Part shown: piece by piece, positions 8,476 through 18,259 of the stretch
Position numbering within the stretch: position 1 is the first letter of the stretch
Layout of the letters: each line of letters opens with the position of its first letter
Source: Alkalispirochaeta sp.
GTDB taxonomy: Bacteria > Spirochaetota > Spirochaetia > DSM-27196 > Alkalispirochaetaceae
NCBI GenBank assembly: GCA_965601925.1
Contig: OZ271854.1
Location: forward strand, 4,989,414 to 5,053,413
Length of the DNA: 64,000 nt
Direction of reading: 5' to 3'
Made by a program: the position numbers and the translations under genes
The notes under the pieces: model-generated
What the model was told of the DNA's origin: nothing
Databases searched by the model: none
The model's input: only the letters and a program-made list of their open reading frames with translations

Positions 8476-10068
8476 CTGTACAAGATGATCCTCGTCGACG
8501 ACGAGGACGAGGTTCGCGGACGGATTTCGTCGCGAATCTCGGAGGAGACCGGCTTTGCCGTGGTGGGGACGGCGGGCAACGGCTACGACGCTTTGGAGCT
8601 GATCGAGGAGCATACACCTCACGTGGTATTAACCGATATCAAGATGCCCTACATCGACGGCATCGAGTTGGCCTCGATCATCCGTCGCGATTATCCGACG
8701 ACCAAGATCGCGTTCATCACCGGCTTTAACGAGTTCGACTACGCGCGGGAGGCGATAAAACTCCGTGTCCAGGCGTATCTCACGAAACCGCTCACGGAGG
8801 GCGCGATTCGCACCTTCTTAGGTGAACTCAGACGGGAGCTCGACGACGAGCTCGAGCAGAACTTCGGTCCCGCAATCGTCCAGCGACAGTATGCCGAGAG
8901 CGTTCCCCTCCTGATCGAGAACAGCCTTACCTCGGTACTCCTATCGCGAACGAGCTCGATCACCGTTGAGGTCGATCAGTTGACGCGCTACGGCGTCGAT
9001 CTGGAGTCGGTGCGGTACGTCTTCTGCTACGTCGCCGTCGAGCGCAACGCCGAACACTGGGACGTCATCGAGTTTGAGAAGCTCAAAATGTCGGTACGGG
9101 GCAACGTCGAGAAGGCGCTGGCCAACGAGGAGTTCGCCTTTCACAGCTTCTTCTTCAACGAGGGGATAGCCCTGATCGTCAAGGAGCGCGGCACCTTGTT
9201 CGTCCAGGAGCTCGACATGGTACTCAACCGCGTCGTGCGGACCATAGAACGCTTCCAGGGGGTACGCATCGGGATCGGCGTCAGCACGACGCACGTATCG
9301 CTGTGCGAGCTGCGCCTTGCGTACAACGAGGCGGCCCGCGCATACGAGGCGGGGCGTCTGCGGAGCATCGGGAGTCTGACCTACTCGGAGTACGTGCCCG
9401 ATACACCGCGCGACTACGCAGTGCTCGAGGAGACGGAGGCGACTCACTTGGAGCGCGCCCTCCGATACGAGCCGGTCGACCGCTCGCGGGAGGTACTACG
9501 GGAGATCCGCGAGCGCGTCTCGGGTACCGACGGTGTCGAGCGCGACGCCCGGCTGGTCATGCTGGGTATCACCGACCTCTTGGTGCGCTACGCGGCGATC
9601 GTCGACGCCGACCTCACCGCCTTGGCCGGGGCCGACCTCATCGAGTCCGTCGCGCGGATGCAGAGCTTTGACGAGTTCGTCGGCTGGGCGGAACGTCTCA
9701 TCGACGACTTGTACTCCTACGGTCGCCAGAGCAAAATGGACAATGCGGAGAAGCTCCTGAGTCAGGCAATCGAGTACATGGAACATCACTTTGCGGACAA
9801 GGATCTGACGATGCAGTCGGTGTGCGGGGCGAAGGGCATCAGCATCTCGTACCTGGGACAACTATTCAAGCGGTATCGGGGCACGACGTTTGTGAAGTAT
9901 CTGACGTCGTTGCGAATGGAGCGCGCCAAGGAGCGACTCAGGCTCTCCGGAAGTCGTATCACCGAAGTTGCCGAAGCGTGCGGATATCGCGACGTCTACT
10001 ATTTCAGCCACTGCTTTCGCAAGTACGCCGGCGTTCCGCCGAAGAGGTATCGTGAACAGCAATCCTGA
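8476..10068 (+). CDS. YesN-type response regulator (REC + AraC HTH)
   Basis: ILVDDE, LTDIKMP, AYLTKP receiver domain; C-terminal AraC HTH (ITEVAEACGYRDVYYFSHCFRKYAGVPP). Start is CTG 8476 or ATG 8485. Confidence 0.93.
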   Translation: MYKMILVDDEDEVRGRISSRISEETGFAVVGTAGNGYDALELIEEHTPHVVLTDIKMPYIDGIELASIIRRDYPTTKIAFITGFNEFDYAREAIKLRVQAYLTKPLTEGAIRTFLGELRRELDDELEQNFGPAIVQRQYAESVPLLIENSLTSVLLSRTSSITVEVDQLTRYGVDLESVRYVFCYVAVERNAEHWDVIEFEKLKMSVRGNVEKALANEEFAFHSFFFNEGIALIVKERGTLFVQELDMVLNRVVRTIERFQGVRIGIGVSTTHVSLCELRLAYNEAARAYEAGRLRSIGSLTYSEYVPDTPRDYAVLEETEATHLERALRYEPVDRSREVLREIRERVSGTDGVERDARLVMLGITDLLVRYAAIVDADLTALAGADLIESVARMQSFDEFVGWAERLIDDLYSYGRQSKMDNAEKLLSQAIEYMEHHFADKDLTMQSVCGAKGISISYLGQLFKRYRGTTFVKYLTSLRMERAKERLRLSGSRITEVAEACGYRDVYYFSHCFRKYAGVPPKRYREQQS

Positions 10069-11788
10069 ATCGGGAATGTCCATCCGTCAGAAGGTCTTTT
10101 TCTCGACTCTGAGTCTGGTCATTGTGGCGGTCGTCCTGACGAGCGCCGTCTACCTCCTCTTCTTTTCACGCGTCTCGCGCAACCTGATCGAAGTTCAGTC
10201 GAAGGAAATCAACAAACAGATCGTGCTCAACTACGAGCGCTACATCTCGAGCGTTATTGAGATCGCCGACTACCTCCAACTGGCGGTCAGCACAATGGAC
10301 GTTGAGGAACGCGCCGACGATCTCGACGACGCCTTCCTTGTTAACAATGAGATCACAGACGATGTCGTCTCGATTTTTCTCTTTGATCGCCAGGGGCGCC
10401 GCTTGGTCGGCGATCGTATCCGTCCGATTCCCGATGCACCGGTGAGCGGCGCGCGTTGGTTCGTAGCGGCACGGGACCGCCCCGAGATCTATCATTTTTT
10501 CGTCGGCCGGAGTTCAAACATCGAGGTGGATCGAAATGAAAATGTGATCACCGTCGCCCGGCACGTTAGCTATCTTCGCGACGGCCGGCAGCGGCCCGGC
10601 GTGTTGCTCATGGAGCTCAATACTCAAGCGATCATCGCGTTGGCGGAGCGCACCAACTTGGGCGCGGCCGGCCATATCCTGATCATCGATGAACGCGACG
10701 AGCTGGTGTACGCATCGGCGACGGGCGTCTACGCGGAGGCGAGCTTCGACATCGCGGCGCGCACCTATCTGGGCGGCTCTGCCGAGCGCGTACACGATCT
10801 GGACATGTACGTGCATGCCAACACACTCATACATACCCGCTGGCGCATTGTAACGGTCAGCAATATCGATCCGGTCAACGCGGCCATCCGACAAGTGCTC
10901 TATCTGATCCTCGTCATAGGCGCAATCTCGGTAGCGCTCACCGCCCTCGTCGCCGGCCTCATATCGGTGCGGATATCACGGCCCGTGGATCAACTCAAAG
11001 ACATCATGGCGCGGATCGAGGCGGGCGATTTTCACACTACCATCGCGGTACGAGGGCAGAAGGAGATCGTCAAGCTGTCGCGGTCCTTCAACCAAATGGT
11101 CATGAAGGTGCGTGAGCTCATGGACCGTTTGGTCGCCGAGCAGCGGGACAAACGGAAGACCGAACTACGGGCGCTCCAGAATCAGATCAATCCGCATTTT
11201 CTCTACAACACGCTCGACTCAATCGTGTGGTTGGCGGAGCACCAACGTACCGAGGACGTCGTGACGACCGTCGTCGCCCTCGCTAAGTTTTTTCGTATCG
11301 GCATCTCAAAGGGCGAGACCTTTATCTCCGTTCGACAAGAAGTCGAGCACATAGAGAACTACCTCACGATTCAAAAAATCCGCTATGTAGAGAAGTTCGA
11401 ATATACCCTCGACATCGCCGAAGAGATAGCGGACCGTCTCGTCATGAAGCTCATCCTGCAGCCGATCGTCGAGAACGCCATCTACCACGGCATGGGCGAC
11501 GAGAAAGGATGGATCTCGATCGACGGCCGGCCGGAGGGAGACCACGTCGTCTTTGAAGTCCGTAACGGCGGCTACGGCCTGACGGAGGCGCAAATCTCCC
11601 ATATTCGATCGGCAATGACGGGAAGCAACAACGGCGCGGGGGTCGGGCTGCGCAATGTGTACCAGCGACTCAAACTCTACTACGGCGAAGACGCCGACGT
11701 GGAGATTGAAAGCGTCGCGGACGAGAGTACCTGCGTGCGACTGATCATCCCGGCCAACCGTTCGTCCGTGACGGGACGGAGCGCGTAG
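10052..11788 (+). CDS. YesM/LytS-type sensor histidine kinase (dCache, HAMP, His_kinase)
   Basis: Two TM helices, HAMP, LQNQINPHFLYNTL, LQPIVENAIYHG, GVGLRNV. Start is GTG 10052 or ATG 10076. Confidence 0.93.
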   Translation: MNSNPESGMSIRQKVFFSTLSLVIVAVVLTSAVYLLFFSRVSRNLIEVQSKEINKQIVLNYERYISSVIEIADYLQLAVSTMDVEERADDLDDAFLVNNEITDDVVSIFLFDRQGRRLVGDRIRPIPDAPVSGARWFVAARDRPEIYHFFVGRSSNIEVDRNENVITVARHVSYLRDGRQRPGVLLMELNTQAIIALAERTNLGAAGHILIIDERDELVYASATGVYAEASFDIAARTYLGGSAERVHDLDMYVHANTLIHTRWRIVTVSNIDPVNAAIRQVLYLILVIGAISVALTALVAGLISVRISRPVDQLKDIMARIEAGDFHTTIAVRGQKEIVKLSRSFNQMVMKVRELMDRLVAEQRDKRKTELRALQNQINPHFLYNTLDSIVWLAEHQRTEDVVTTVVALAKFFRIGISKGETFISVRQEVEHIENYLTIQKIRYVEKFEYTLDIAEEIADRLVMKLILQPIVENAIYHGMGDEKGWISIDGRPEGDHVVFEVRNGGYGLTEAQISHIRSAMTGSNNGAGVGLRNVYQRLKLYYGEDADVEIESVADESTCVRLIIPANRSSVTGRSA

Positions 11789-12805
11789 ATGCGTTCACTC
11801 ACCGTACTCGCACTCGCGGCGACGGTACTCACCGTCACGGGATGCGGCGAGGAGGTCCATCGCGTCGCACTGTTTTATTACAATGGTGAGGATCCGTACA
11901 TCGCCTCTTTCGTCACCCAGATAGAGGAGGTGGCGACGGGGCGATTTCGTCTCGAGGGCTACGACGCGCTAAACTCACAGATCCTTCAAAACGAGCAGAT
12001 CGATACGGTACTACGCGAAGAGCCGGACCTCATCGTCGTCAATCCCGTCGACCGGCTCGGTGCATACGCCGTCATTAACCGCCTTCGCGAGCACGACATT
12101 CCGGTCATCTTCTTCAACCGGGAGCCCCTTGCGCGCGACTTGGACTTGTGGGATCGCGCGTACTACGTCGGAGCGGAGGCCGCGCAGTCGGCACACCTAC
12201 AGGCCAAATTGGTGATGGAACTGTTCGGCAACGATCCGACGGCGTTGAATAAACACGATCGGAACGGCGACGGACGCGTCCAGACGATCATCTTAAAGGG
12301 GGAACAGGGCCATCAGGACGCCGAGATCAGGACGAGCGAAGTCCTACGCAGCTTTGAGGAGCGCGGGTTCGATCTCGAAGTGTTGACGGTACACGTCGCC
12401 GACTGGGACCGAACCGAGGCGTACGACGCGATGCGAGATCTCCTACGGGACTACGGCGCGGCGTTGGAGTTGGTGATTTCCAACAACGACGCCATGGCAC
12501 TCGGCGCAATCAGCCGCATGCGTCAGGACGGCTACTTTGCCGACGATAACGGGAACGGTCGTATCGATTCGGACGACGAGCGATGGCTGCCGGTCGTCGG
12601 TATCGACGGGATCGAAGGGGCGGTCGAGCAGATCGAGGCGGGGTACCTCTACGGTACCGTCGTCAACGACTCGCAGCGCATGGCCGAGGCGATCGCCGAG
12701 CTTTCGGAAGTAATCATCGCCGGTCGGGAGACGGCCGATATGTCGGTGCCGCTGACCGACGGAACCTACGTGTGGGTGGATTACCGCCCCTTTGTCTTCG
12801 AATAG
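11789..12805 (+). CDS. MglB-like galactose/glucose-binding lipoprotein, probable sensory SBP
   Basis: Lipobox VTGC; VNPVD, FFNREP, DRNGDG, KGEQGHQDAEIRT, SNNDAMALG. Directly abuts the kinase stop codon. Confidence 0.88.
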   Translation: MRSLTVLALAATVLTVTGCGEEVHRVALFYYNGEDPYIASFVTQIEEVATGRFRLEGYDALNSQILQNEQIDTVLREEPDLIVVNPVDRLGAYAVINRLREHDIPVIFFNREPLARDLDLWDRAYYVGAEAAQSAHLQAKLVMELFGNDPTALNKHDRNGDGRVQTIILKGEQGHQDAEIRTSEVLRSFEERGFDLEVLTVHVADWDRTEAYDAMRDLLRDYGAALELVISNNDAMALGAISRMRQDGYFADDNGNGRIDSDDERWLPVVGIDGIEGAVEQIEAGYLYGTVVNDSQRMAEAIAELSEVIIAGRETADMSVPLTDGTYVWVDYRPFVFE

Positions 12806-12815
12806 GGTGTAGTGT

Positions 12816-12878
12816 TGCGAAATATTGCAACGATTGTGCCGGATATTCCATTGAGACCTACCGGAGCGATGCTACCAT
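12816..12878 (+). promoter_or_regulatory. mglBAC promoter with 21-bp-period direct repeat (candidate response-regulator site)
   Basis: TGCGAAATATTGCAA (12816-12830) and TGCCGGATATTCCAT (12837-12851), then TTGAGA-N16-TACCAT with an extended TG. Confidence 0.55.
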
Positions 12879-12912
12879 TTCGTACCAACACATTCACGAA
12901 AAGGAGTAATCT

Positions 12913-13935
12913 ATGACGAAGCGAATCGTATTATTCGCGCTTGCAGCGCTTGTGGCGCTCCCGATGGCGTTTGCAGCGGGCCAGGGCGAGGGCGGTGACG
13001 ACACGATCGTAGTCGGAGCAAACATCTACAGCTTTGCCGACAACTTCATGAACGGCGTTATGCGCCCGGAGCTCGAGCGCTACGCCGAGGAGCGCGGTGT
13101 CGAGATCGAGATCGTCGACTCGGAGAACCAGCAGGGCCGCTTGAACGACCAGGTGGACGTCTTCATTACCCGCGGCGTCGACGTCTTGGCGATCAACTTG
13201 GTCGATCCTGCATCGGCACGTACGATCATCGAGAAGGCGCAGCGAGCTGAGATCCCGTTGGTGCTCTTCAACAAAGAGGCCACCGAGGCCGGCGTGATGC
13301 AAATCTACGACGAGGTCTGGTACGTGGGGACCAACTCCGCCGAATCGGGCATTATCCAGGGCGAGATGATGGTCGCCGACTGGCAGGCCAACCCCGAATG
13401 GGACCGCAACGGCGACGGCGTGGTTCAGTACGTGATGCTCAAGGGCGAGCCGGGCCACCCCGACGCCGAAGCGCGCACCGAGTACTCGGTTCGGGCCTTT
13501 GCCGACGCCGGCATTCCCACCGAAGAGCTCGCCCTCGAGGCGGACCCCAATTGGTCGACTCAGCACGGTGCCGACCGCATGGCGGCGTGGTTGACCGCGA
13601 GCTTCGGCAGCGACATCGAGCTGGTTATCGCCAACAACGACGGCATGGCGTTCGGCGCGATCACCTCGATGCAAAGCGCCGGTGTAGAGCTTCCGATCTA
13701 CGGTGTCGACGCCCTTGATCAGGCGCTGACCCATATCGCCGACGGCGAGATGAACGGCACGGTCCTGAACGACGGTGTCAACCAGTCTCGCGCCACCCTG
13801 GACCTTGCGATTAACGCCGCGATGGGTAACGAGGTAACCTCCGGCACCGACTGGATCCTTCAAACCGACGGTAGCAAGGCGGTCCGCGTACCGTACGTCG
13901 CCGTTACCCCCGAAAACTTTCAGGATTTCCGTTAA
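12913..13935 (+). CDS. mglB: Galactose/glucose ABC transporter binding protein
   Basis: DNFM, LAINLVDP, FNKE, YVGT, WDRNGDG Ca-binding loop, KGEPGHPDAEART, NNDGMA, GTVLND. AAGGAG RBS. Confidence 0.93.
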   Translation: MTKRIVLFALAALVALPMAFAAGQGEGGDDTIVVGANIYSFADNFMNGVMRPELERYAEERGVEIEIVDSENQQGRLNDQVDVFITRGVDVLAINLVDPASARTIIEKAQRAEIPLVLFNKEATEAGVMQIYDEVWYVGTNSAESGIIQGEMMVADWQANPEWDRNGDGVVQYVMLKGEPGHPDAEARTEYSVRAFADAGIPTEELALEADPNWSTQHGADRMAAWLTASFGSDIELVIANNDGMAFGAITSMQSAGVELPIYGVDALDQALTHIADGEMNGTVLNDGVNQSRATLDLAINAAMGNEVTSGTDWILQTDGSKAVRVPYVAVTPENFQDFR

Positions 13936-13958
13936 TCTGATACCGTTTTCGACATTCG

Positions 13959-13994
13959 TCCGGTCATACCGTGAAACGACACGGTATGACCGGA
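13959..13994 (+). other. Intercistronic stem-loop after mglB
   Basis: TCCGGTCATACCGTG-aaacga-CACGGTATGACCGGA, a perfect 15-bp stem. Confidence 0.75.
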
Positions 13995-14094
13995 TACGTA
14001 TGTTTCCGCCGAGCCCGGTAGGGGCTCGGCCTGCGACGGCGATCCCCGACGGGCCTCCGCTCGCATTTCGACTCATTCCGAAAGAGGTAGTTTC

Positions 14095-15615
14095 GTGCAG
14101 GATGTGCTCTTAAGAATCGAGGGCGTAAACAAGTCGTTTTCCGGCGTACGCGTGCTCAAAGATGTCCATCTGGAAGTACGCCCGGGGACGGTTCACGCGT
14201 TGATGGGCGAGAACGGTGCCGGCAAGTCGACCTTGATGAAGTGCCTGTTCGGTATCTACCGCCAAGACAGCGGCCGCTTTTTTCTGGAAGGCGTCGAATT
14301 CAATTTCGAGGATCCCAAACACGCCCTCGAAAACGGCGTTTCGATGGTGCATCAAGAGCTCAACCAGGTGATCCAACGGAGCATATCCGACAACATCTGG
14401 CTCGGCCGCTATCCGGTCGCCGGACTCTTCGTCGACGAGAAGGCGATGTACAACCGCACGAAGGAGCTGTTCGAGCGAATCAACATTCACTTGGACCCAC
14501 GCACCTTGTTGAGCAAGCTCTCGGTCTCGCAACGACAGATGGTCGAGATCGCCAAGGCGATATCCTACGACGCAAAGGTGATCGTGTTGGACGAGCCGAC
14601 CTCCTCGCTGACCGAAAACGAGACGGAGCTCTTGTTCAAGATCATCGAGACGCTCAAAGGACACGGCGTCAGCGTCATCTACATCTCCCATAAGATGGAT
14701 GAGATCTTTCGGATCTCCGACGAGGTTACGGTGCTGCGCGACGGTAACTACATCGGTACCGAGCGCATCGACGACCTCACGATGGAACGGCTGGTCGAGA
14801 TGATGGTCGGTCGCGAGTTGGAAGAGCGCTTCCCGCCCAAAACGAACGTTCCCGGCGAGGTGCACTTCGAGGTACGCGGCCTTTCGACGCGCTACGATCC
14901 GATCGTACGCGATATCGACTTTACCGTTCGGCGCGGCGAGATTTTGGGTGTGGCGGGGCTTGTCGGCGCCGGTCGCACCGAAATGGCCGAGGCGCTGTTC
15001 GGCGTTCGCACGCGGCAAAGCGGCGAGTTCTTCATCGACGGGAAGCCGGTCACGATCGACTCTCCCATCGAAGCAAAGAACCACGGCATGGCGTTTTTGA
15101 CCGAGGAGCGTCGCCGTACCGGAATCTACCCCGTCGCGGATATCACCTTTAACTCGACGATTGCAAATATCAGAGCGTACACCAATCGAGCGGGATGGCT
15201 GGTACAACGGGGCATGGAACGGGACACCGACACACAGATCGAGAAGATGCGGATCAAGACGCCCCACAAACGTGAGCGCATCCGCTCACTGTCCGGAGGC
15301 AACCAACAGAAGGTGATTATCGGACGCTGGTTATTGACCGACCCCGATATTCTGCTCCTCGACGAGCCGACGCGGGGTATCGACGTCGGAGCCAAGTTTG
15401 AAATCTACCAGCTGATCATCGATCTGGCGAAACAGGGCAACTCGGTGATTATGATCTCCTCCGAGATGCCCGAGCTCTTGGGGATCACGAACCGCATTTT
15501 GGTCATGAGCAACCGGCGCATCGCGGGGATCGTAAATACCGATGAGACCAACCAGACCGAGGTGTTCCACCTGGCAACCAAGTATCTCAATAACTCAAAA
15601 GAGGCCGAAGTATGA
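14095..15615 (+). CDS. mglA: Galactoside ABC transporter ATP-binding protein (tandem NBD)
   Basis: GENGAGKSTLMKCLFGIY, DEPTSSL, LSGGNQQKV, DEPTRGIDVGAKFEIY. Confidence 0.95.
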   Translation: MQDVLLRIEGVNKSFSGVRVLKDVHLEVRPGTVHALMGENGAGKSTLMKCLFGIYRQDSGRFFLEGVEFNFEDPKHALENGVSMVHQELNQVIQRSISDNIWLGRYPVAGLFVDEKAMYNRTKELFERINIHLDPRTLLSKLSVSQRQMVEIAKAISYDAKVIVLDEPTSSLTENETELLFKIIETLKGHGVSVIYISHKMDEIFRISDEVTVLRDGNYIGTERIDDLTMERLVEMMVGRELEERFPPKTNVPGEVHFEVRGLSTRYDPIVRDIDFTVRRGEILGVAGLVGAGRTEMAEALFGVRTRQSGEFFIDGKPVTIDSPIEAKNHGMAFLTEERRRTGIYPVADITFNSTIANIRAYTNRAGWLVQRGMERDTDTQIEKMRIKTPHKRERIRSLSGGNQQKVIIGRWLLTDPDILLLDEPTRGIDVGAKFEIYQLIIDLAKQGNSVIMISSEMPELLGITNRILVMSNRRIAGIVNTDETNQTEVFHLATKYLNNSKEAEV

Positions 15616-16649
15616 GTAGCATTGACAAGGGACGTTCGTCCGGTCTGGTGCCCGCGACGGCGCGGCAGTGGAAGGACCTACTGATCAACAACGCGATCTA
15701 TATCGCTATCTTCGCGATGATCGTCTTGATCATCGTTATCGATCCGAGCTTCGTATCGTGGGCGGTACTGGAGAACATTCTCATCCAGAGCTCCGTACGG
15801 CTCATTCTCGCGTTCGGCGTGGCCGGCATTATCATTCTCCAGGGCACCGACCTCTCGTTGGGACGCCTCGTCGGTTTAGCAGCGCTGGTCGCCGCGTCGA
15901 TGCTGCAGCGCCCCGATTACCTGGCGCGCTTCTATCCGCAGCTTCCGCAGCTCCCGTTGATCGTGCCGCTGTTGGTCGCAATCGTGGTGGTCTCGTTTTT
16001 CAGCGGCATCAACGGTTGGGTCGTCGCGCAGTTCAAGATCCACCCGTTCTTGGCCACCCTCGGTATGATGATCACCGTCTACGGTGTAGCGTTGTTGTAT
16101 TACGACACGGGAGCCGCGCCGTCGCAGCCGATCGGCGGACACGCTCGGCACTATACCGAGTTTGTAATCGGTACCACCTTGGGGATACCGAATCTCGTCT
16201 GGTACGCGACGATCGTCAGTGCGGTAATCTGGATCTTATGGAACAAAACCACCTTCGGTAAGAATATGTACGCCGTCGGCGGCAACCCGGAGGCGGCCGA
16301 AGTATCGGGCGTCAGCGTCAAACGGACGATCATCATGGTGTACATTCTGGCCGGTGTTCTGTACGGGATCGGCGGCTTCCTCGAGGCGGCACGAATCGGC
16401 TCGGCCAACTCCAACACCGGATTTAGCTACGAGTTGGATGCGATCGCCGCGTGTGTCGTCGGCGGCATATCCTTCTCCGGCGGTATCGGCAGAGTATCGG
16501 GGGCGATCGCCGGTGTGTTGATGTTTACGATCATCAGCTACGGCATGACCTTCATCGGTTTGCAAACGGCGCTCCAATTGATCGCTCGCGGTATCATCAT
16601 CGTGGCGGCGGTGGCGATCGACAACCAGAAGTACCTCAAAAAGACCTGA
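15612..16649 (+). CDS. mglC: Galactoside ABC transporter permease
   Basis: QGTDLSLGR, HPFLATLG, TTFGKNMYAVGGNPEAA, YELDAIAACVVGGISFSGG. Confidence 0.95.
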   Translation: MSSIDKGRSSGLVPATARQWKDLLINNAIYIAIFAMIVLIIVIDPSFVSWAVLENILIQSSVRLILAFGVAGIIILQGTDLSLGRLVGLAALVAASMLQRPDYLARFYPQLPQLPLIVPLLVAIVVVSFFSGINGWVVAQFKIHPFLATLGMMITVYGVALLYYDTGAAPSQPIGGHARHYTEFVIGTTLGIPNLVWYATIVSAVIWILWNKTTFGKNMYAVGGNPEAAEVSGVSVKRTIIMVYILAGVLYGIGGFLEAARIGSANSNTGFSYELDAIAACVVGGISFSGGIGRVSGAIAGVLMFTIISYGMTFIGLQTALQLIARGIIIVAAVAIDNQKYLKKT

Positions 16650-16811
16650 CCGCCGCGCATCGCGCCCCCCGTCGTGCCGCTCGGCGGGAGGCGTTGCGCA
16701 ACGCCGGAAGGCGACCCCTTTTCTCTTCTATTGTCATTGGTATCGCCTACGTAGGACTTGTCCCTTAACGAGGACGGCTCTATCATGAAAACTCACGGAA
16801 GGGGGTACCGT

Positions 16812-17537
16812 ATGGCAACTCAATGGTCCAAGGTCCTTCGCAATTCGGCACTACTTTTGGCAACCGTTCTGTCGGTGGGTTGCCGGTCGACTGACGTGCG
16901 CGGTTCGGGACCGGCTTTCGAAGTCGCCCACGAGATAGACGATGTTCGGGAAGTTGTCGTGAACGACACCGGCGAGCTGCGCATCCGGAACGGTGCGCAA
17001 CACCACCTGGTTGTCCTCGCGCAAGAAGAGATCCACCAGTACCTCACCATTCGTCAAATAGGTAATCGGCTCATCATTGAACCGGAACGAGGATATCAGC
17101 TACGACCGTCGCGGGATCTACGCTATCTGCTCACCGCCGATGATGTATCGCGGATCGATGTTGCCGGCGCTGTCGATGTCGTAGCACACGAGTATCAAAC
17201 CGAATCGTTGGCGATCGATACCAGCGGCTCCACCGATTTGGCCATGCAAGTCCGCGTCGGTAGTCTGACTGTTGCCACGTCGGGATCATTCAGCGGCAAC
17301 CTTGCGGGCGAAACTACTCACCTCACCCTGGATCTTAATGGGTCGGCCGACATGGACGCGTACGAGCTGACCGCACGCCGTGTCGACGTCGACGTATCCG
17401 GCGCCGTTACCGCCTATATCACCGCAGTTGAGAGCCTGGACGTCTCGGCGAGCGGATCGAGCAACATAATCTATAAGGGGAATCCGCGCGTCAACCATTC
17501 TTCCGCCGGTGCAAGCAGGGTAAATCCCGCGGATTGA
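16812..17537 (+). CDS. DUF2807 (head GIN domain) beta-helical lipoprotein
   Basis: Lipobox LSVGC; repeated xxSGSx units; C-terminal ASGSSNIIYKGNP. Alternative start at 16785. Confidence 0.8.
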   Translation: MATQWSKVLRNSALLLATVLSVGCRSTDVRGSGPAFEVAHEIDDVREVVVNDTGELRIRNGAQHHLVVLAQEEIHQYLTIRQIGNRLIIEPERGYQLRPSRDLRYLLTADDVSRIDVAGAVDVVAHEYQTESLAIDTSGSTDLAMQVRVGSLTVATSGSFSGNLAGETTHLTLDLNGSADMDAYELTARRVDVDVSGAVTAYITAVESLDVSASGSSNIIYKGNPRVNHSSAGASRVNPAD

Positions 17538-17593
17538 ATGACCATCGCCACGAGAAGCATACCTCACGATGCTCCGGCGGTGGCACTCCGCCG

Positions 17594-18259
17594 CTAAAAG
17601 AGGCCTCCGGCGCGAAGAACAAGCGCAATCTCAAGGCTGAGAAATGCGCCGTGCTGGGTAGATAATCCCATAACGGGTCGTAACGCGCCTTCCATCTGTA
17701 TCGACGTCGCACTCGGAAAAATGATGCCGGCCGACAGGACGACGGCCACGACCCCCTCGACGGAGGAGCCGTCGTCGGGTGACTGCGGTGGATTATCCTC
17801 ATCGAGCGGAAAAAACCAAACATTTGTCGCTAAGAGCGCCCCAATACCGGCGGCGACGGCTACTCGTCCACCGGTAGCCCAATACAGCCGCCCCTCCAGC
17901 CCCATGAGCGCCTCGGTCTCGGCGTCTCGCCACCACGGAAAAGCCAGGCCGATCTCAAATCCGTACCGCCCCCACGGATCGGTAACCATCGAACCGAATC
18001 CAAGAGCGCCGACTCCCTGCATCGCCCCATACGAGAGAGAACTACCGACGTACAGATACTGAAGCGACTGCTCTTCGTACTCATTCGCCTCTCCGGAAAC
18101 CGGCTGAACGAGCAATAGCGCAATCAGACCGACCCCCATACATACGCTGCACCACCGGCGCTTCCGGTCCGGAGAAGGTACGGACGGAACCATTGCGATA
18201 CGTCTGCGTATGCTTTCTCCTCGCGAGGCGTCGCGGTCGCCCATACCGGACGCTATCAT
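17594..18259 (-). CDS. Hypothetical exported protein, possible small outer-membrane beta-barrel
   Basis: Signal-like GVGLIALLLVQPVSG, amphipathic Gly/aromatic strands, C-terminal Phe. ATGA overlap with the ECF stop; true start may be later. Confidence 0.55.
   Translation of the reverse strand: MIASGMGDRDASRGESIRRRIAMVPSVPSPDRKRRWCSVCMGVGLIALLLVQPVSGEANEYEEQSLQYLYVGSSLSYGAMQGVGALGFGSMVTDPWGRYGFEIGLAFPWWRDAETEALMGLEGRLYWATGGRVAVAAGIGALLATNVWFFPLDEDNPPQSPDDGSSVEGVVAVVLSAGIIFPSATSIQMEGALRPVMGLSTQHGAFLSLEIALVLRAGGLF

Noticed and set aside
12931..15267. Long antisense ORFs (12931-14076, 14110-15267) and many similar ones, e.g. 647-1648, 27359-28411, 53677-54846
   Set aside because: They lie opposite well-supported genes and have Arg/His/Val-rich shadow composition typical of high-GC DNA.
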